This document shows positions 11,665 to 22,857 of a stretch of 64,000 bases of DNA, piece by piece. The notes beneath the pieces are model-generated. The model was not told the DNA's origin. It did not search any database and was given only the letters and a program-made list of their open reading frames with translations. Position numbers and translations under genes: made by a program. Within the stretch, counting starts at the first letter, position 1. Each line of letters opens with the position of its first letter. Source of the DNA: Anaeromyxobacteraceae bacterium (GTDB lineage Bacteria; Myxococcota; Myxococcia; Myxococcales; Anaeromyxobacteraceae); NCBI GenBank assembly GCA_032654565.1, contig JAULAX010000013.1, positions 1-64,000 of the forward strand, read 5' to 3'.

Positions 11665-12782
11665 GCGCCAGCGGTGGAAGGGGCTGGCGGGCGGCGCTGG
11701 CGGCGCTGGGGCTGCTCCTGCTGGCCGGGCTCGGCTGGGGGCTGGCGGTGGTGCGCCCGGCCCGGGCCCCGCGGCCGCCGGCGCTCCCCGGCGAGCTGCG
11801 CGGCGCCTGGCACGTCCACACCACCCGCAGCGACGGCCGCGGCAGCCTCGAGGAGGTGGTCGCCGCCGCCCGGGCCGCCGGCCTGCAGTTCGTGGTGGTG
11901 ACCGACCACAACGTGCTGGCCCCCGAGGACGCCGGCTGGCGCGACGGGGTGCTGGTGATCGAGGCCTCCGAGGCCTCCTCCCGCTTCGGTCACGTCATCG
12001 CCGTCGGGCTCCCCCGCGCCCTCACCCGCGAGGAGTGCGGCGGCGAGCCGCTCGACGTCATCGCCGCCGGCGGCGGGCAGGCGGTGCTGGCCCACCCCTT
12101 CCACCCCCGGCGCCCCTGGAGCGGCTGGGAGCGCGGGCCGTGGCGCGGCATCGAGGTGGTCTCCAACGACACCTCCTGGGGCGAGATCACCGTGGGCCGG
12201 GGCTGGGGGCGGATCCTCCCCGGGCTGGCGGCGCTCCCCTTCGACGCCGCCCAGACGGTGATCGGCCTGGTCCCCTCCACCTCGCGAGAGGAGGCGGTGC
12301 TCGACGGCGGCCTGCGCTCGCCGGTGGCCGGACGGCGCCGCCCCGACGGCGCCCTGGCCCCGCCCAAGGTGCTGCTCTGCTCCGCCGACGCCCACGGCTA
12401 CCCCAGCTACCAGGCCGCCTTCGAGGCCTTCAGCATGCACGTCCCGGTCACCCCCAGCGGCGACGCCGCCGCCGACGGCAGGGCGGTGCTGGCGGCCTTG
12501 ATGGATGGGCGGGCCGCCTGCGTCTTCGACGGCGTGGCCCCGGCCGGCCGGGTGCGCCTCGCCGCCACCCTGGGTGGTCGCCTCCGGCTCGACGCCGAGG
12601 CCTCGCTCGACGGCGCCGAGGCGGTGCTCTGGAGGGGCGGCGCGGTGGTGGCCACGGCCCACGCCCAGCAGGGGGCGCTGGCCTTCGACTGCGCCGGCGG
12701 GTGCGGCCCGGGGATCTACCGGGCGGTGGTGCGGCGCGGCGGCCGCCCCTGGATCTTCACCAACCCCGCGGTCGTGGAGTAG
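11661..12782 (+). CDS. PHP-domain metallophosphoesterase with N-terminal membrane anchor/signal
   Basis: WHVHT..SDG, TDHN, FGH, LAHP, SADAH metal ligands; ATGA overlap with msbA; real gene is the 3' end of shadow ORF 6462..12782. Confidence 0.8.
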   Translation: MSASGGRGWRAALAALGLLLLAGLGWGLAVVRPARAPRPPALPGELRGAWHVHTTRSDGRGSLEEVVAAARAAGLQFVVVTDHNVLAPEDAGWRDGVLVIEASEASSRFGHVIAVGLPRALTREECGGEPLDVIAAGGGQAVLAHPFHPRRPWSGWERGPWRGIEVVSNDTSWGEITVGRGWGRILPGLAALPFDAAQTVIGLVPSTSREEAVLDGGLRSPVAGRRRPDGALAPPKVLLCSADAHGYPSYQAAFEAFSMHVPVTPSGDAAADGRAVLAALMDGRAACVFDGVAPAGRVRLAATLGGRLRLDAEASLDGAEAVLWRGGAVVATAHAQQGALAFDCAGGCGPGIYRAVVRRGGRPWIFTNPAVVE

Positions 12783-12796
12783 GAAGGCCCGCCCCG

Positions 12797-14092
12797 GTGC
12801 ACCTCCTCTACGTCCTCGCCAGCTTCGCCCTCTTCCTGCTCGGCCTGCCGGTGCTGCTCACCCACCCCAAGCTGCGCCACGGCATCGCCCAGCGGCTCGG
12901 CTTCTACAAGCGCTCGCTCGACCTCGGCGCCGGCCGGCCCCGCATCTGGCTGCACGGGGCCAGCGCCGGCGACCTGCTCTCGCTCCAGCCCATGATGAAG
13001 GAGCTCAAGGCCCGGGTGCCCGGCTGCTGCATCGTGGTCAGCACCATCACCAACAGCGGGCAGGAGATGGCGCGGCGCAAGCTCGCCGAGGCCGACGTGG
13101 TGGTCTACGCCCCCTACGACCTGCCCGGCGCCACGGCGCGGGCCATGCGCGCCCTGCGCCCCGACCTGCTGGTGCTGGAGTATACCGAGATCTGGCCCGG
13201 GCTGATCCGCGCCGCCCACCGCTCCGGCGCCCGCATCGCCCTCACCAACGGCCGCTTCAACCCGCAGAAGCTGGGGCGCTACCGGCTCCTCTTCGGCCTG
13301 GTGGGCAACCCCCTCAGGGCCATCGACTGCTTCCTGATGCGCTCCGACGAGGAGGCGGAGCGGGCGCTGCTGCTGGGCGCGGCGCCGGACCGGGTCTGGG
13401 CCACCGGCAACACCAAGTTCGACGCCCTGGTCTTCGAGCCGCCGCCGGGCAAGGAGGAGGCCCTGCGGGTGGAGATGGGGCTCGACCCCGCCGCCCCGGT
13501 CTTCATGGCCGGCTCGACCCACGAGGGCGAGGAGGAGCAGCTCCTCGAGGTCTACGCCCGCCTCGCCGGCCGCCACCCCGGCCTGCAGCTGGTGGTGGCG
13601 CCGCGCTACGTGGAGCGGGCCGGGCGGATCATGGCGCTGGCGGCCGAGGCCGGGCTGGGGGTGCGGCTGCGCAGCGCCGGGGCGGCGGCCGGGCGCGCCC
13701 CGGTGGTGGTGCTCGACACCATCGGCGAGCTGGCGGCGGCCTACCGGCTGGCCTCGCTGGTCTTCGTGGGCGGCAGCTTCGTCACCCGGGGCGGGCAGAA
13801 CGTGCTCGAGCCGGCGGCGCAGGGGAAGCCGGTGCTCTTCGGCCCGCACATGGAGAACTTCAAGGACTCGGTGCAGGTGCTCCAGGGGCGCGGCGGGCTG
13901 CAGGTGAAGACCCCGGAGCAGCTCTTCCGCGTCGCCGACGAGCTGCTCTCCCGCCCCGACCAGCTGGCCGAGCTGGGCGCCCTGGCGAGGCGGGCGGTCA
14001 CCGCCATCCGCGGCGCCAGCGCCCGCAACGTCGACCACATGCTGGCCGCCCTGCCGCGCCAGGGCCCGGCGGCCGGGACGGGGGCGCCGTGA
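12797..14092 (+). CDS. waaA: Kdo transferase
   Basis: IWLHGASAGD, PYD, E.WP, GNTKFD, AGSTHEGEE, DTIGEL, GGQNVLEPA, GPHMENF. Confidence 0.92.
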   Translation: MHLLYVLASFALFLLGLPVLLTHPKLRHGIAQRLGFYKRSLDLGAGRPRIWLHGASAGDLLSLQPMMKELKARVPGCCIVVSTITNSGQEMARRKLAEADVVVYAPYDLPGATARAMRALRPDLLVLEYTEIWPGLIRAAHRSGARIALTNGRFNPQKLGRYRLLFGLVGNPLRAIDCFLMRSDEEAERALLLGAAPDRVWATGNTKFDALVFEPPPGKEEALRVEMGLDPAAPVFMAGSTHEGEEEQLLEVYARLAGRHPGLQLVVAPRYVERAGRIMALAAEAGLGVRLRSAGAAAGRAPVVVLDTIGELAAAYRLASLVFVGGSFVTRGGQNVLEPAAQGKPVLFGPHMENFKDSVQVLQGRGGLQVKTPEQLFRVADELLSRPDQLAELGALARRAVTAIRGASARNVDHMLAALPRQGPAAGTGAP

Positions 14093-15081
14093 GCGTGGAG
14101 CGCCTGCTGGTCATCCGCTACTCGGCGCTCGGCGACGTGGTGCTGGCCACCAGCGTCATCGAGCCGCTGCGCCGCCGCTTCCCCGGGGCCCGCATCGAGT
14201 GGGTCACCTCGGCGGCCGCCGCGCCGCTGCTGGAGGGGATCCCCGGGATCGCCGCCGTCCACCGGCTCGGGAAGGGTGGAGAGCACGGCCCCCGCGCCCT
14301 GGCCCGCCGGCTGCGTGGCCGCTTCGACGTCGCCATCGACCTGCAGGAGAAGGTGAAGAGCCGCTGGCTGGCCCTGGCGGCGGCGCCGCGCCGGCTGCTC
14401 TACCGCCGGCGCACCCGCTGGCAGGCCCTGCTGGCGCTGCTGGGGCGGGATCGGCCGCTGCAGCGGGCCCACGCCACCGCGCTCTACGCCGAGGTGCTGC
14501 GGCCGCTCGGCGTCGAGGGGGCGGGACCCACCCAGGTGTCGGTGCCGGAGCCGGCCCGGGCCCGGGTCCGGCAGCTGCTGGCCGGGGCCCGGAGGCCGCT
14601 GGTCGGCATCGCCCCGGGGGCCACCTGGGCCACCAAGCGCTGGGCGCCGGAGCGCTTCGCCGCGGTGGCCGACGCCCTCCACGCCGCCGGTCACGGGCTG
14701 GTGCTGGTGGCCGGCCCGGGCGACGCCGCGGCCTCGGCCGCCTTCCGGGCGGCGCTGCGCGCCCCGCTCGAGGCCGACCTGACCCCGCTCCCGGTCGACG
14801 CCCTGGCCGCCGCCCTGGGCGAGCTGAAGCTGCTGGTGGCCTGCGACTCGGGGCCGGTCCACCTGGCCGCCGCCCAGGGGGTCCCGGCGCTGGTGCTCTT
14901 CGGCCCCACCAGCACGGTGCGCTGGCGCCCGCCGCCGCCAGGGCGGGCCCTGGCGCTCGGGCTCGACTGCCAGCCCTGCTCCAACCACGGCGGCGAGCGC
15001 TGTCCGCTCGGCCACCACGACTGCCTGGCGAAGCTCGAGGTGGCGCCGGTGCTGGCCGCGGCGCGGGAGCTGCTGGCGTGA
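14089..15081 (+). CDS. GT9 ADP-heptose:LPS heptosyltransferase (WaaC/WaaF type)
   Basis: IRYSALGDVVL, APGA.W.TKRW, DSGPVHLAAA, LFGPT, C.PC..C..GH..C; GTGA overlap with waaA. Confidence 0.88.
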   Translation: MSVERLLVIRYSALGDVVLATSVIEPLRRRFPGARIEWVTSAAAAPLLEGIPGIAAVHRLGKGGEHGPRALARRLRGRFDVAIDLQEKVKSRWLALAAAPRRLLYRRRTRWQALLALLGRDRPLQRAHATALYAEVLRPLGVEGAGPTQVSVPEPARARVRQLLAGARRPLVGIAPGATWATKRWAPERFAAVADALHAAGHGLVLVAGPGDAAASAAFRAALRAPLEADLTPLPVDALAAALGELKLLVACDSGPVHLAAAQGVPALVLFGPTSTVRWRPPPPGRALALGLDCQPCSNHGGERCPLGHHDCLAKLEVAPVLAAARELLA

Positions 15082-16199
15082 ACGCCCTGGAGCGCGCCTG
15101 GTGGACCTCCCACCCCACCGCCCTGCAGCGGGCGGCGCTGGCTGCGCTCTGGCCGGCCGAGCTGCTCTTCGGCGCCGTGGTCTGGGGGCGGGCCCTGGCC
15201 TACGACCGGCGCTGGCTGCAGGTGGCCTCGGCGGCGGCGCCGGTCATCTCGGTCGGCAACGTCGCCGTGGGCGGCGCCGGCAAGACCCCGGTGACCCACG
15301 CCATCGCCACCCGGCTGGCGGCGCGGGGGCGGCGGGTGGCCATCCTCTCGCGCGGCTACGGCGCGGTCCGGACCGACGCGCGGGTGGTGGCCGACGGCGA
15401 GCGGGTGCTGCTGCCGGCCGAGGAGGGGGGCGACGAGCCGGTGCTGCTGGCCCGGCGGCTCCCGGGGGTGCGCGTCCTCTGCGGCCCGCGGCGCGCCGCG
15501 CTGGCCACCCTGGCCACCGGCACCCTCGGCGCCAACGCCCTGCTGCTCGACGACGGCTTCCAGCACCGGGCACTGGCCCGCGACCTCGACGTGGTGGTGC
15601 TCGACGCCACCAACCCCTTCGGCAACGGCCGGCTGCTGCCGGCCGGGCCCAACCGCGAGCCGCGCTGGGCGCTGGGGCGGGCCGGGCTGGTCTGGCTCTC
15701 CCGGGTCGACCAGGCGGCGCCGGAGGCGCTGGAGCGGCTCCGGGTGCTGGCCTTCCGCCACACCGAGCGCGGCCCGGTCGAGTCCCGCCACGCCCCGCTC
15801 GACCTGCTCGACGGCACCCTGACCCGCTCCCGCGGCCTGGCCGCGGCGCGGGGGAAGAGGGTGCTCCTGCTCTCCGGGCTGGCCCGCCCCGGGGCCTTCC
15901 GGCGCACCGTCGAGGGGCTGGGGGCCGAGGTGGTGGCCGAGCGGCAGCACCCCGACCACCACCGCTTCACCGCCGCCGACCTCGACGGGGCCCGGGCCGC
16001 GGCCGACGCCGCCCGGGCCGAGCTGATCCTGACCACCGAGAAGGACGCGGTGCGGCTGCCGCCGGCCTTTGCGGCCGAGCCGCGCCTGGCGGTGGTGCGC
16101 ATCGAGGCCGAGCTGCTGGCCGGGGAGGCCACCCTGCAGGCGGTGCTGGACGCGGCGCTGGCCGCCGGCGACCGCCGCGCCCCGGGGAGCCCGCCGTGA
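15078..16199 (+). CDS. lpxK: Tetraacyldisaccharide 4'-kinase
   Basis: VISVGNVAVGGAGKTP, SRGYG, GDEP, LLDDGFQH, LLPAGP.RE, PDHH, TTEKD. Confidence 0.93.
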   Translation: MNALERAWWTSHPTALQRAALAALWPAELLFGAVVWGRALAYDRRWLQVASAAAPVISVGNVAVGGAGKTPVTHAIATRLAARGRRVAILSRGYGAVRTDARVVADGERVLLPAEEGGDEPVLLARRLPGVRVLCGPRRAALATLATGTLGANALLLDDGFQHRALARDLDVVVLDATNPFGNGRLLPAGPNREPRWALGRAGLVWLSRVDQAAPEALERLRVLAFRHTERGPVESRHAPLDLLDGTLTRSRGLAAARGKRVLLLSGLARPGAFRRTVEGLGAEVVAERQHPDHHRFTAADLDGARAAADAARAELILTTEKDAVRLPPAFAAEPRLAVVRIEAELLAGEATLQAVLDAALAAGDRRAPGSPP

Positions 16200-17101
16200 A
16201 CTTCCTGCTCGACGCGCTCGGGCGCATCCCGCGCCGCATCCTGGCGGCCTTCGGCAGCTTCCTCGGCTGGCTGGTCTGGACGCTGCGGATCCGCCGACGG
16301 GTCGCCCTCGACAACCTGCGGCTGGCCTTCCCGGAGAAGAGCGAGGCGGAGCGCGCCGCCATCGCCCGCGCCAACTGCCGCCACCTCGGCCAGATGGTCC
16401 CCGACTTCCTCCGCGTTCCCACCATGGCCCCGGCGGAGCTCGACCGGCTCTTCGTCTACGAGGGGTGGGAGAACCTCGAGGCGGCCATGGCGCTGGGCAA
16501 GGGGGTGGTGGCCTGCACCGCCCACTTCGGGAACTTCGACCTGCTGGCCTCGGCCCACACCCGCAAGGGCGTGCCCCTCACCATGCTCTCGCGGGAGATG
16601 GGCGACAACCCGTTCAACGACCTGCTCCGCCAGGCCCGCCAGCGCTCCGGGGTGGAGGACCTGATCGTCTCCAAGGGGAACACGCTGCGGGTCCTGCTGC
16701 GGGTGCTCAAGCAGGGGCGGGTGCTCGGCTTCGTCTACGACCAGAACGAGGTGGGGCACCCCGTCTTCCCGACCTTCTTCGGGGTCCCGGCCGCCACCAC
16801 CTCGACGCCGGCCCTGCTGGCCCGCCGCACCGGCGCCGCCGTGATCTTCGTGGTCTCGGTGCCGCTCGGCGATGGGCGCCACCGGGTGGTGCTGGAGGGG
16901 CCGCTGGTCCCGCCCCGGACCGGCGACGCCGAGGCCGACGACCTGGCCTTCATGCAGCTGCTCAACGACAAGCTGGAGGCCTGGGTGCGGCGGTTCCCGG
17001 AGCGCTGGTACTGGGTCCACCGGCGGTGGAAGACGCGCCCGCCGCCCCCCGCCGCGGACGCCGGCGCCGGCCCCGCCCCGGCGCCCGCCGCCCCGAATTG
17101 A
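16196..17101 (+). CDS. lpxL: Lipid A late acyltransferase (LpxL/HtrB family)
   Basis: NLRLAFP, HFGNFD (HxxxxD), DQ, FFG, W.W.HRRWK. Confidence 0.85.
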   Translation: MNFLLDALGRIPRRILAAFGSFLGWLVWTLRIRRRVALDNLRLAFPEKSEAERAAIARANCRHLGQMVPDFLRVPTMAPAELDRLFVYEGWENLEAAMALGKGVVACTAHFGNFDLLASAHTRKGVPLTMLSREMGDNPFNDLLRQARQRSGVEDLIVSKGNTLRVLLRVLKQGRVLGFVYDQNEVGHPVFPTFFGVPAATTSTPALLARRTGAAVIFVVSVPLGDGRHRVVLEGPLVPPRTGDAEADDLAFMQLLNDKLEAWVRRFPERWYWVHRRWKTRPPPPAADAGAGPAPAPAAPN

Positions 17102-17132
17102 CGCCTCCCGCGACGCGAGGTAGGGAACCCCG

Positions 17133-18143
17133 GTGCCCGCGCTCCGCCCGCCCCCGCTGAACGAGGTCGCCGCGCTCCTGCCCGCCTTCGCCGGCAGCGA
17201 GGTGGTGGTGGTGGGCGACTTCGTGGCCGACGAGTACGTTTACGGCGAGACCGACCGGATCAGCCGCGAGGCCCCGGTGCTCATCGTCCGCTACGAGTCG
17301 TCGGAGCTGAAGGCCGGCGGCGCCGGCAACGCCGCCCAGAACCTGGCCGCGCTCGGGGTCAAGGTCCGGGCCGTCGGCGTGGTGGGCGACGACGCCCTCG
17401 GCACCGCGCTGCTCGACGAGCTCGAGGGGGGCGGCATCGACGTCGGCGGGATGCTGCGGGTCAAGGGGCGGGCCACCGAGGCCAAGACCCGCATCCTGGC
17501 CGGGGGGCGCTCCAGCCGCCGCCAGCAGATGCTCCGGCTCGACCGCGCCGCCAGCCAGCCGCTCCCGGCGGCCGCGGTCCGCAAGCTCACGTCCCAGCTG
17601 GGCCGGGCCCGCCGCGGCGCCGGCGCCGTGCTGGCCAGCGACTACGGCTCGGGGGTCTGCGTCCCCGAGGTGATCGAGGCCCTGCGCCGCCTCCACGCCG
17701 CCGGCCTCCCGGTCTGCGTCGACTCCCGCTACGCGCTGGCCCAGTTCAAGGGGCTCACCATGGTGAAGCCCAACGAGGTGGAGCTGGAGGCGGCCACCGG
17801 CCTCTCGCTGGCCGCCCCCAACGGCCTGGAGCGCGCCGCCCGGGCCCTGCTCCGAAAGGTGGCCTGCGAGGTGCTGCTGGTGACCCGGGGCCGCCACGGC
17901 CTGTCGGTCTTCCGCCCCGGGCAGCCGCCGGTCCACCTGCCGGCCCACGGGAGCCAGGACGCCGTCGACGTCACCGGCGCCGGGGACACGGTGGCGGCGG
18001 CCTTCACCGCCGGCCTGGCGGCCGGGGGCGACGCCCTGGCGGCGGCGCAGCTGGCCAACGTGGCCGGCGCGCTGCAGGTCCAGAAGCCCGGCACCGCCAC
18101 GGTCTCCCGGGCGGAGCTGGCGGCGGCGCTGCGGGGGGGCTGA
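17133..18143 (+). CDS. D-glycero-beta-D-manno-heptose-7-phosphate kinase (RfaE/HldE domain I, stand-alone)
   Basis: G...RISREAPV, GGAGNAA.N, KTR, SDY, KPNE.E, DVTGAGDTV (PfkB family). Confidence 0.9.
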   Translation: MPALRPPPLNEVAALLPAFAGSEVVVVGDFVADEYVYGETDRISREAPVLIVRYESSELKAGGAGNAAQNLAALGVKVRAVGVVGDDALGTALLDELEGGGIDVGGMLRVKGRATEAKTRILAGGRSSRRQQMLRLDRAASQPLPAAAVRKLTSQLGRARRGAGAVLASDYGSGVCVPEVIEALRRLHAAGLPVCVDSRYALAQFKGLTMVKPNEVELEAATGLSLAAPNGLERAARALLRKVACEVLLVTRGRHGLSVFRPGQPPVHLPAHGSQDAVDVTGAGDTVAAAFTAGLAAGGDALAAAQLANVAGALQVQKPGTATVSRAELAAALRGG

Positions 18144-18146
18144 GCC

Positions 18147-18632
18147 ATGGCCCAGCGCATCACGCTCGAGGCGCTCCCGGCGGTCCGCGCCCAGGCCACC
18201 GCCGCCGGCCGGACCATCGCCCTGGCCAACGGCATCTTCGACCTCTTCCACGTCGGCCACCTGCGCTACCTGGAGGGGGCCAAGGCCGAGGCCGACCTGC
18301 TGCTGGTGGCGGTCAACAGCGACGCCTCCACCCGCGCCTACAAGGGGCCGGGGCGGCCGGTGGTGCCGGAGGACGAGCGGGCCGAGATCGTGGCCGGGCT
18401 GACCTGCGTGGACTTCGTGGTGGTCTTCCCGAGCGCCGACGTGGTCCCCATCATCCGCGCCCTGCGCCCCGACGTGCACGTCAAGGGGACCGACTACACC
18501 CCGGAGACCATCCCCGAGGCGGCCGAGGTGAAGGCCTACGGCGGCCGCGTCGCCGTGGCCGGCGACCCCAAGCGCCACTCCACCACCGCCCTCATCGCCG
18601 CGCTGGAGGCGGCCAGCGCGCCCAAGCGCTGA
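18147..18632 (+). CDS. D-glycero-beta-D-manno-heptose-1-phosphate adenylyltransferase (RfaE/HldE domain II, stand-alone)
   Basis: NGIFDLFHVGH, NSDAS...KGPGRP, KGTDY, HSTT. Confidence 0.9.
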   Translation: MAQRITLEALPAVRAQATAAGRTIALANGIFDLFHVGHLRYLEGAKAEADLLLVAVNSDASTRAYKGPGRPVVPEDERAEIVAGLTCVDFVVVFPSADVVPIIRALRPDVHVKGTDYTPETIPEAAEVKAYGGRVAVAGDPKRHSTTALIAALEAASAPKR

Positions 18633-18662
18633 GCCCCCCCGGCCCACCCGACGGAGACCACC

Positions 18663-18833
18663 ATGCCGCTGTCGCCCGAGCTGAAGGAGATCCTGGCCTG
18701 CCCGAAGTGCAAGGGGTCGCTGGAGTTCCACGAGGAGGCCGGCCGGATCCACTGCCTGGCCTGCCGGCTGGCCTACCGCATCGAGGAGGGCATCCCGGTG
18801 ATGCTGGTGGACGAGGCCACCCCCCTGCCATGA
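18663..18833 (+). CDS. Trm112/YcaR family small protein (56 aa, missing from the ORF track)
   Basis: MPLSPELKEILACPKCKGSL..C..C.LAYRIEEGIPVML.DEA; GGAG SD. Confidence 0.88.
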   Translation: MPLSPELKEILACPKCKGSLEFHEEAGRIHCLACRLAYRIEEGIPVMLVDEATPLP

Positions 18834-18864
18834 GCCGCCGGACCGGGCCGGGGAGGGGGCATCC

Positions 18865-19740
18865 ATGATCCGCAGCATGACCGGCTTCGGGGCCGGGCGA
18901 GGGTCGTCGGGCGGCGAGGAGATCGCCGTCGAGCTCCGCTCCGTCAACCACAAGTTCTGCGAGGTCAAGGTGCGGCTGCCGCGCGAGCTGGCGGCGCTGG
19001 AGCCGGTCGTGGTCCGGCTCATCAAGGACCGGCTGGCCCGCGGCGGCGTCGACCTCTCGCTGCGCCGCACCGGGGCGGGGGGCGCCATGGCCCCGCGGGT
19101 CGACGTGGCGCTGGCCGAGGCCTACGCCCGCGCCTACGCCGAGGTGCAGGCCCGGCTGGGGCTGAAGGACCCCATCCGCCTGGCCGACATCGTCGCCGCC
19201 GACGGAGTGATCCGCCTCGACGAGCGCGACGCCGACCTCGAGGCGGCCCGGGCGGCCACCGAGGCGGCCCTGGGCGAGGCCCTCTCGGCGCTGGTGACCA
19301 TGCGGCAGCGCGAGGGGGCGGCCCTGGCCGCCGACCTGGAGGCCCGCCTGGCCACGGTGGAGGGGCTGGTGGCGCGGGTCGAGGTGCTGGCGCCGCAGGC
19401 CGTGGAGCACCACCGGGCCCGGCTGGCGGAGCGGATCAAGGAGCTGACGCAGGGGCTGCCGCTCGAGCCCTCCCGGCTGGCCCAGGAGGTGGCGCTGCTG
19501 GCCGATCGGAGCGACGTGGCCGAGGAGATCACCCGGCTGCGCAGCCACGTGGCCCAGGCCCGCCAGCTGCTGGGCGGGGCCGAGCCGGCCGGGCGCAAGC
19601 TCGACTTCCTCGTCCAGGAGATGCACCGCGAGGTGAACACCATCGGCTCCAAGTCGCAGCACGCCGAGCTCTCCGGGCTGGTGGTGTCGCTCAAGGCCGA
19701 GGTGGAGCGGATGCGGGAGCAGGTCCAGAATGTCGAGTGA
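18865..19740 (+). CDS. yicC: YicC/YloC family endoribonuclease
   Basis: MIRSMTGFG, ELRSVNH, EEITRL.SH, GRKLDFLVQEMHRE.NTIGSK, REQVQNVE. Confidence 0.93.
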   Translation: MIRSMTGFGAGRGSSGGEEIAVELRSVNHKFCEVKVRLPRELAALEPVVVRLIKDRLARGGVDLSLRRTGAGGAMAPRVDVALAEAYARAYAEVQARLGLKDPIRLADIVAADGVIRLDERDADLEAARAATEAALGEALSALVTMRQREGAALAADLEARLATVEGLVARVEVLAPQAVEHHRARLAERIKELTQGLPLEPSRLAQEVALLADRSDVAEEITRLRSHVAQARQLLGGAEPAGRKLDFLVQEMHREVNTIGSKSQHAELSGLVVSLKAEVERMREQVQNVE

Positions 19741-20443
19741 GGCCCGGCCGCACCGCCCGCCCGCCGCGGCCGGAGGGCCCGCCCCCGGGCTGCTGCTGGT
19801 CCTCTCGGCCCCCTCCGGTGCCGGCAAGACCACGCTGGCCCGCCGCTTCCTGGCTGGCCACCCCGAGGCGGTCTTCTCGGTCTCGGTCACCACCCGGGCG
19901 CCGCGCGGCGCCGAGCGGGACGGCGTCGACTACCACTTCGTGACCCCGGAGCGCTTCGCGGCGCTGGTGGCCGATGGGGCCTTCGCCGAGTGGGCCGAGG
20001 TGCACGGACGGCGCTACGGGACCCTGCGCGCCACCGTGGAGGAGACCCTGCGGGCGGGGGGGATCGCCGTCTTCGACATCGACGTCCAGGGCGGGGAGCA
20101 GCTCGCGGCGGCCTTCCCGAGGGAGGCCCTGACCGTCCTGGTCCTGCCCCCCGACGAGGCCGAGCTGGCCCGGCGGCTCCGAGGCCGATCGACGGAGAGT
20201 GAAGAGGCGGTCCAGGCCCGCCTGGCGGCGGCGCGGATCGAGGTGGCGCGGGGGTTGGCGGGCTACCAGTACGTGCTGCTCAACGACCAGCTGGAGCAGG
20301 CGCTGGCGCGGCTCGAGCTGATCGTGGGCGCGGCCCGGGCCCGCCTCGCCGGCCAGCCCGACCAGGGCGCGGAAAACGCTGCGGCCCAGTGGCGCCGCGA
20401 GATCGCCGCCACCGGGGCCTGGGGCGCCGCGTCACCCCCTTGA
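19730..20443 (+). CDS. gmk: Guanylate kinase
   Basis: SAPSGAGKTT, SVSVTTR.PR..E.DGVDYHF, EWAEVHG..YGT, DIDVQG. Confidence 0.93.
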   Translation: MSSEARPHRPPAAAGGPAPGLLLVLSAPSGAGKTTLARRFLAGHPEAVFSVSVTTRAPRGAERDGVDYHFVTPERFAALVADGAFAEWAEVHGRRYGTLRATVEETLRAGGIAVFDIDVQGGEQLAAAFPREALTVLVLPPDEAELARRLRGRSTESEEAVQARLAAARIEVARGLAGYQYVLLNDQLEQALARLELIVGAARARLAGQPDQGAENAAAQWRREIAATGAWGAASPP

Positions 20444-20783
20444 CACGAAATCCGGTCGCGGCTACAAAGCGCGCCCGGTCAAGACGGGCTGCGGGCAGGA
20501 AACGCAGCGAAGTCGAAGTGCTGCTTGACCGGTTTCACCGGAGGGGCTACATAGCGCGCCCCTCGCAAGCAGACGGAACGGGCAACCGGACCTGACACTT
20601 GACGGGGAACCCGGAGGGGGGATAGAAGCAGCCCCCCTCGAAGCGAACCGCCCCGCGAGAGCGAGCCGGGGAAGCTTGACGGGAAAGGAGGCCCGGTGTA
20701 GAACGCCGGAACCTTCGGTCGGAAGGGCGACGGAGTTTTCTGCAAAACGCCCTCTTGACAGCAAGGAGCGTCGAGAGTATTTA
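20440..20783 (+). promoter_or_regulatory. Five tandem sigma70-type rrn promoter candidates
   Basis: TTGACA(20440)-17-TACAAA; TTGACC(20525)-17-TACATA; TTGACG(20599)-18-TAGAAG; TTGACG(20676)-17-TAGAAC; TTGACA(20755)-17-TATTTA; each followed by a GC-rich discriminator. Confidence 0.7.
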
Positions 20784-20875
20784 CGGCGCCCCGACTTGAA
20801 CCAGCACGGTCGTCTTCGTGACCCCGCGGTGGCCAAGGTTCGAATCCAGGAAACTCGATTCGAATGGTGAAGTTC

Positions 20876-20900
20876 GGTCTTTGAAAGCTGAATAGCAAGC
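20876..20900 (+). promoter_or_regulatory. rrn leader boxA-like element / 5' arm of the 16S processing stem
   Basis: GGTCTTTGAAAGCTGAATAGCAAGC is largely complementary to GCTTGCTATTCAGTTTCCAGGGACC at 22677-22701. Confidence 0.7.
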
Positions 20901-21004
20901 CGATGTTTGGAATGCGGTCCACGCATTCCTTCGAGTTTGCAACAAAATCGTAACACCATGCCAGTTCGCCTCGAAAGAGGAAGCTGGCTGGGATCGAAAT
21001 CTCT

Positions 21005-22569
<1,565 letters not shown>

Positions 22570-22762
22570 TCTGGAAGGCACCTTCGGGTGTCATGCCAGC
22601 AATCCTAAGGTCAGCCCCTGGACCGCAAGGTCCACGGGAGGCGACTCGAGGATGCGTCAGACCTCATTTCATCCAGGCTTGCTATTCAGTTTCCAGGGAC
22701 CGAGCATTCGGTTCTTTGAAACGCATTGCGTGGAAGCGTCGGGAACGATCAGGCTTACAGCC

Positions 22763-22836
22763 GGGCCTATAGCTCAGTTGGCTAGAGCGCACGCCTGATA
22801 AGCGTGAGGTCGATGGTTCGAATCCATCTAGGCCCA
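22763..22836 (+). tRNA. tRNA-Ile(GAT), CCA not encoded
   Basis: GGGCCTA..TAGGCCC-A acceptor stem, anticodon arm CACGC-CTGATAA-GCGTG, TTCGAAT T-loop. Confidence 0.97.
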
Positions 22837-22857
22837 CTCCGTTTGGCGTCGCTTGTA

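Noticed and set aside
6462..12782. 2106-aa ORF, and similar long ORFs 5713..9171(-), 27649..30627(+), 43152..47171(+)
   Set aside because: Shadow frames of real genes in very GC-rich DNA (Arg/Gly/Pro-rich, no motifs). Only the 3' ends of 6462..12782 and 43152..47171 are real genes (PHP, PAP2).
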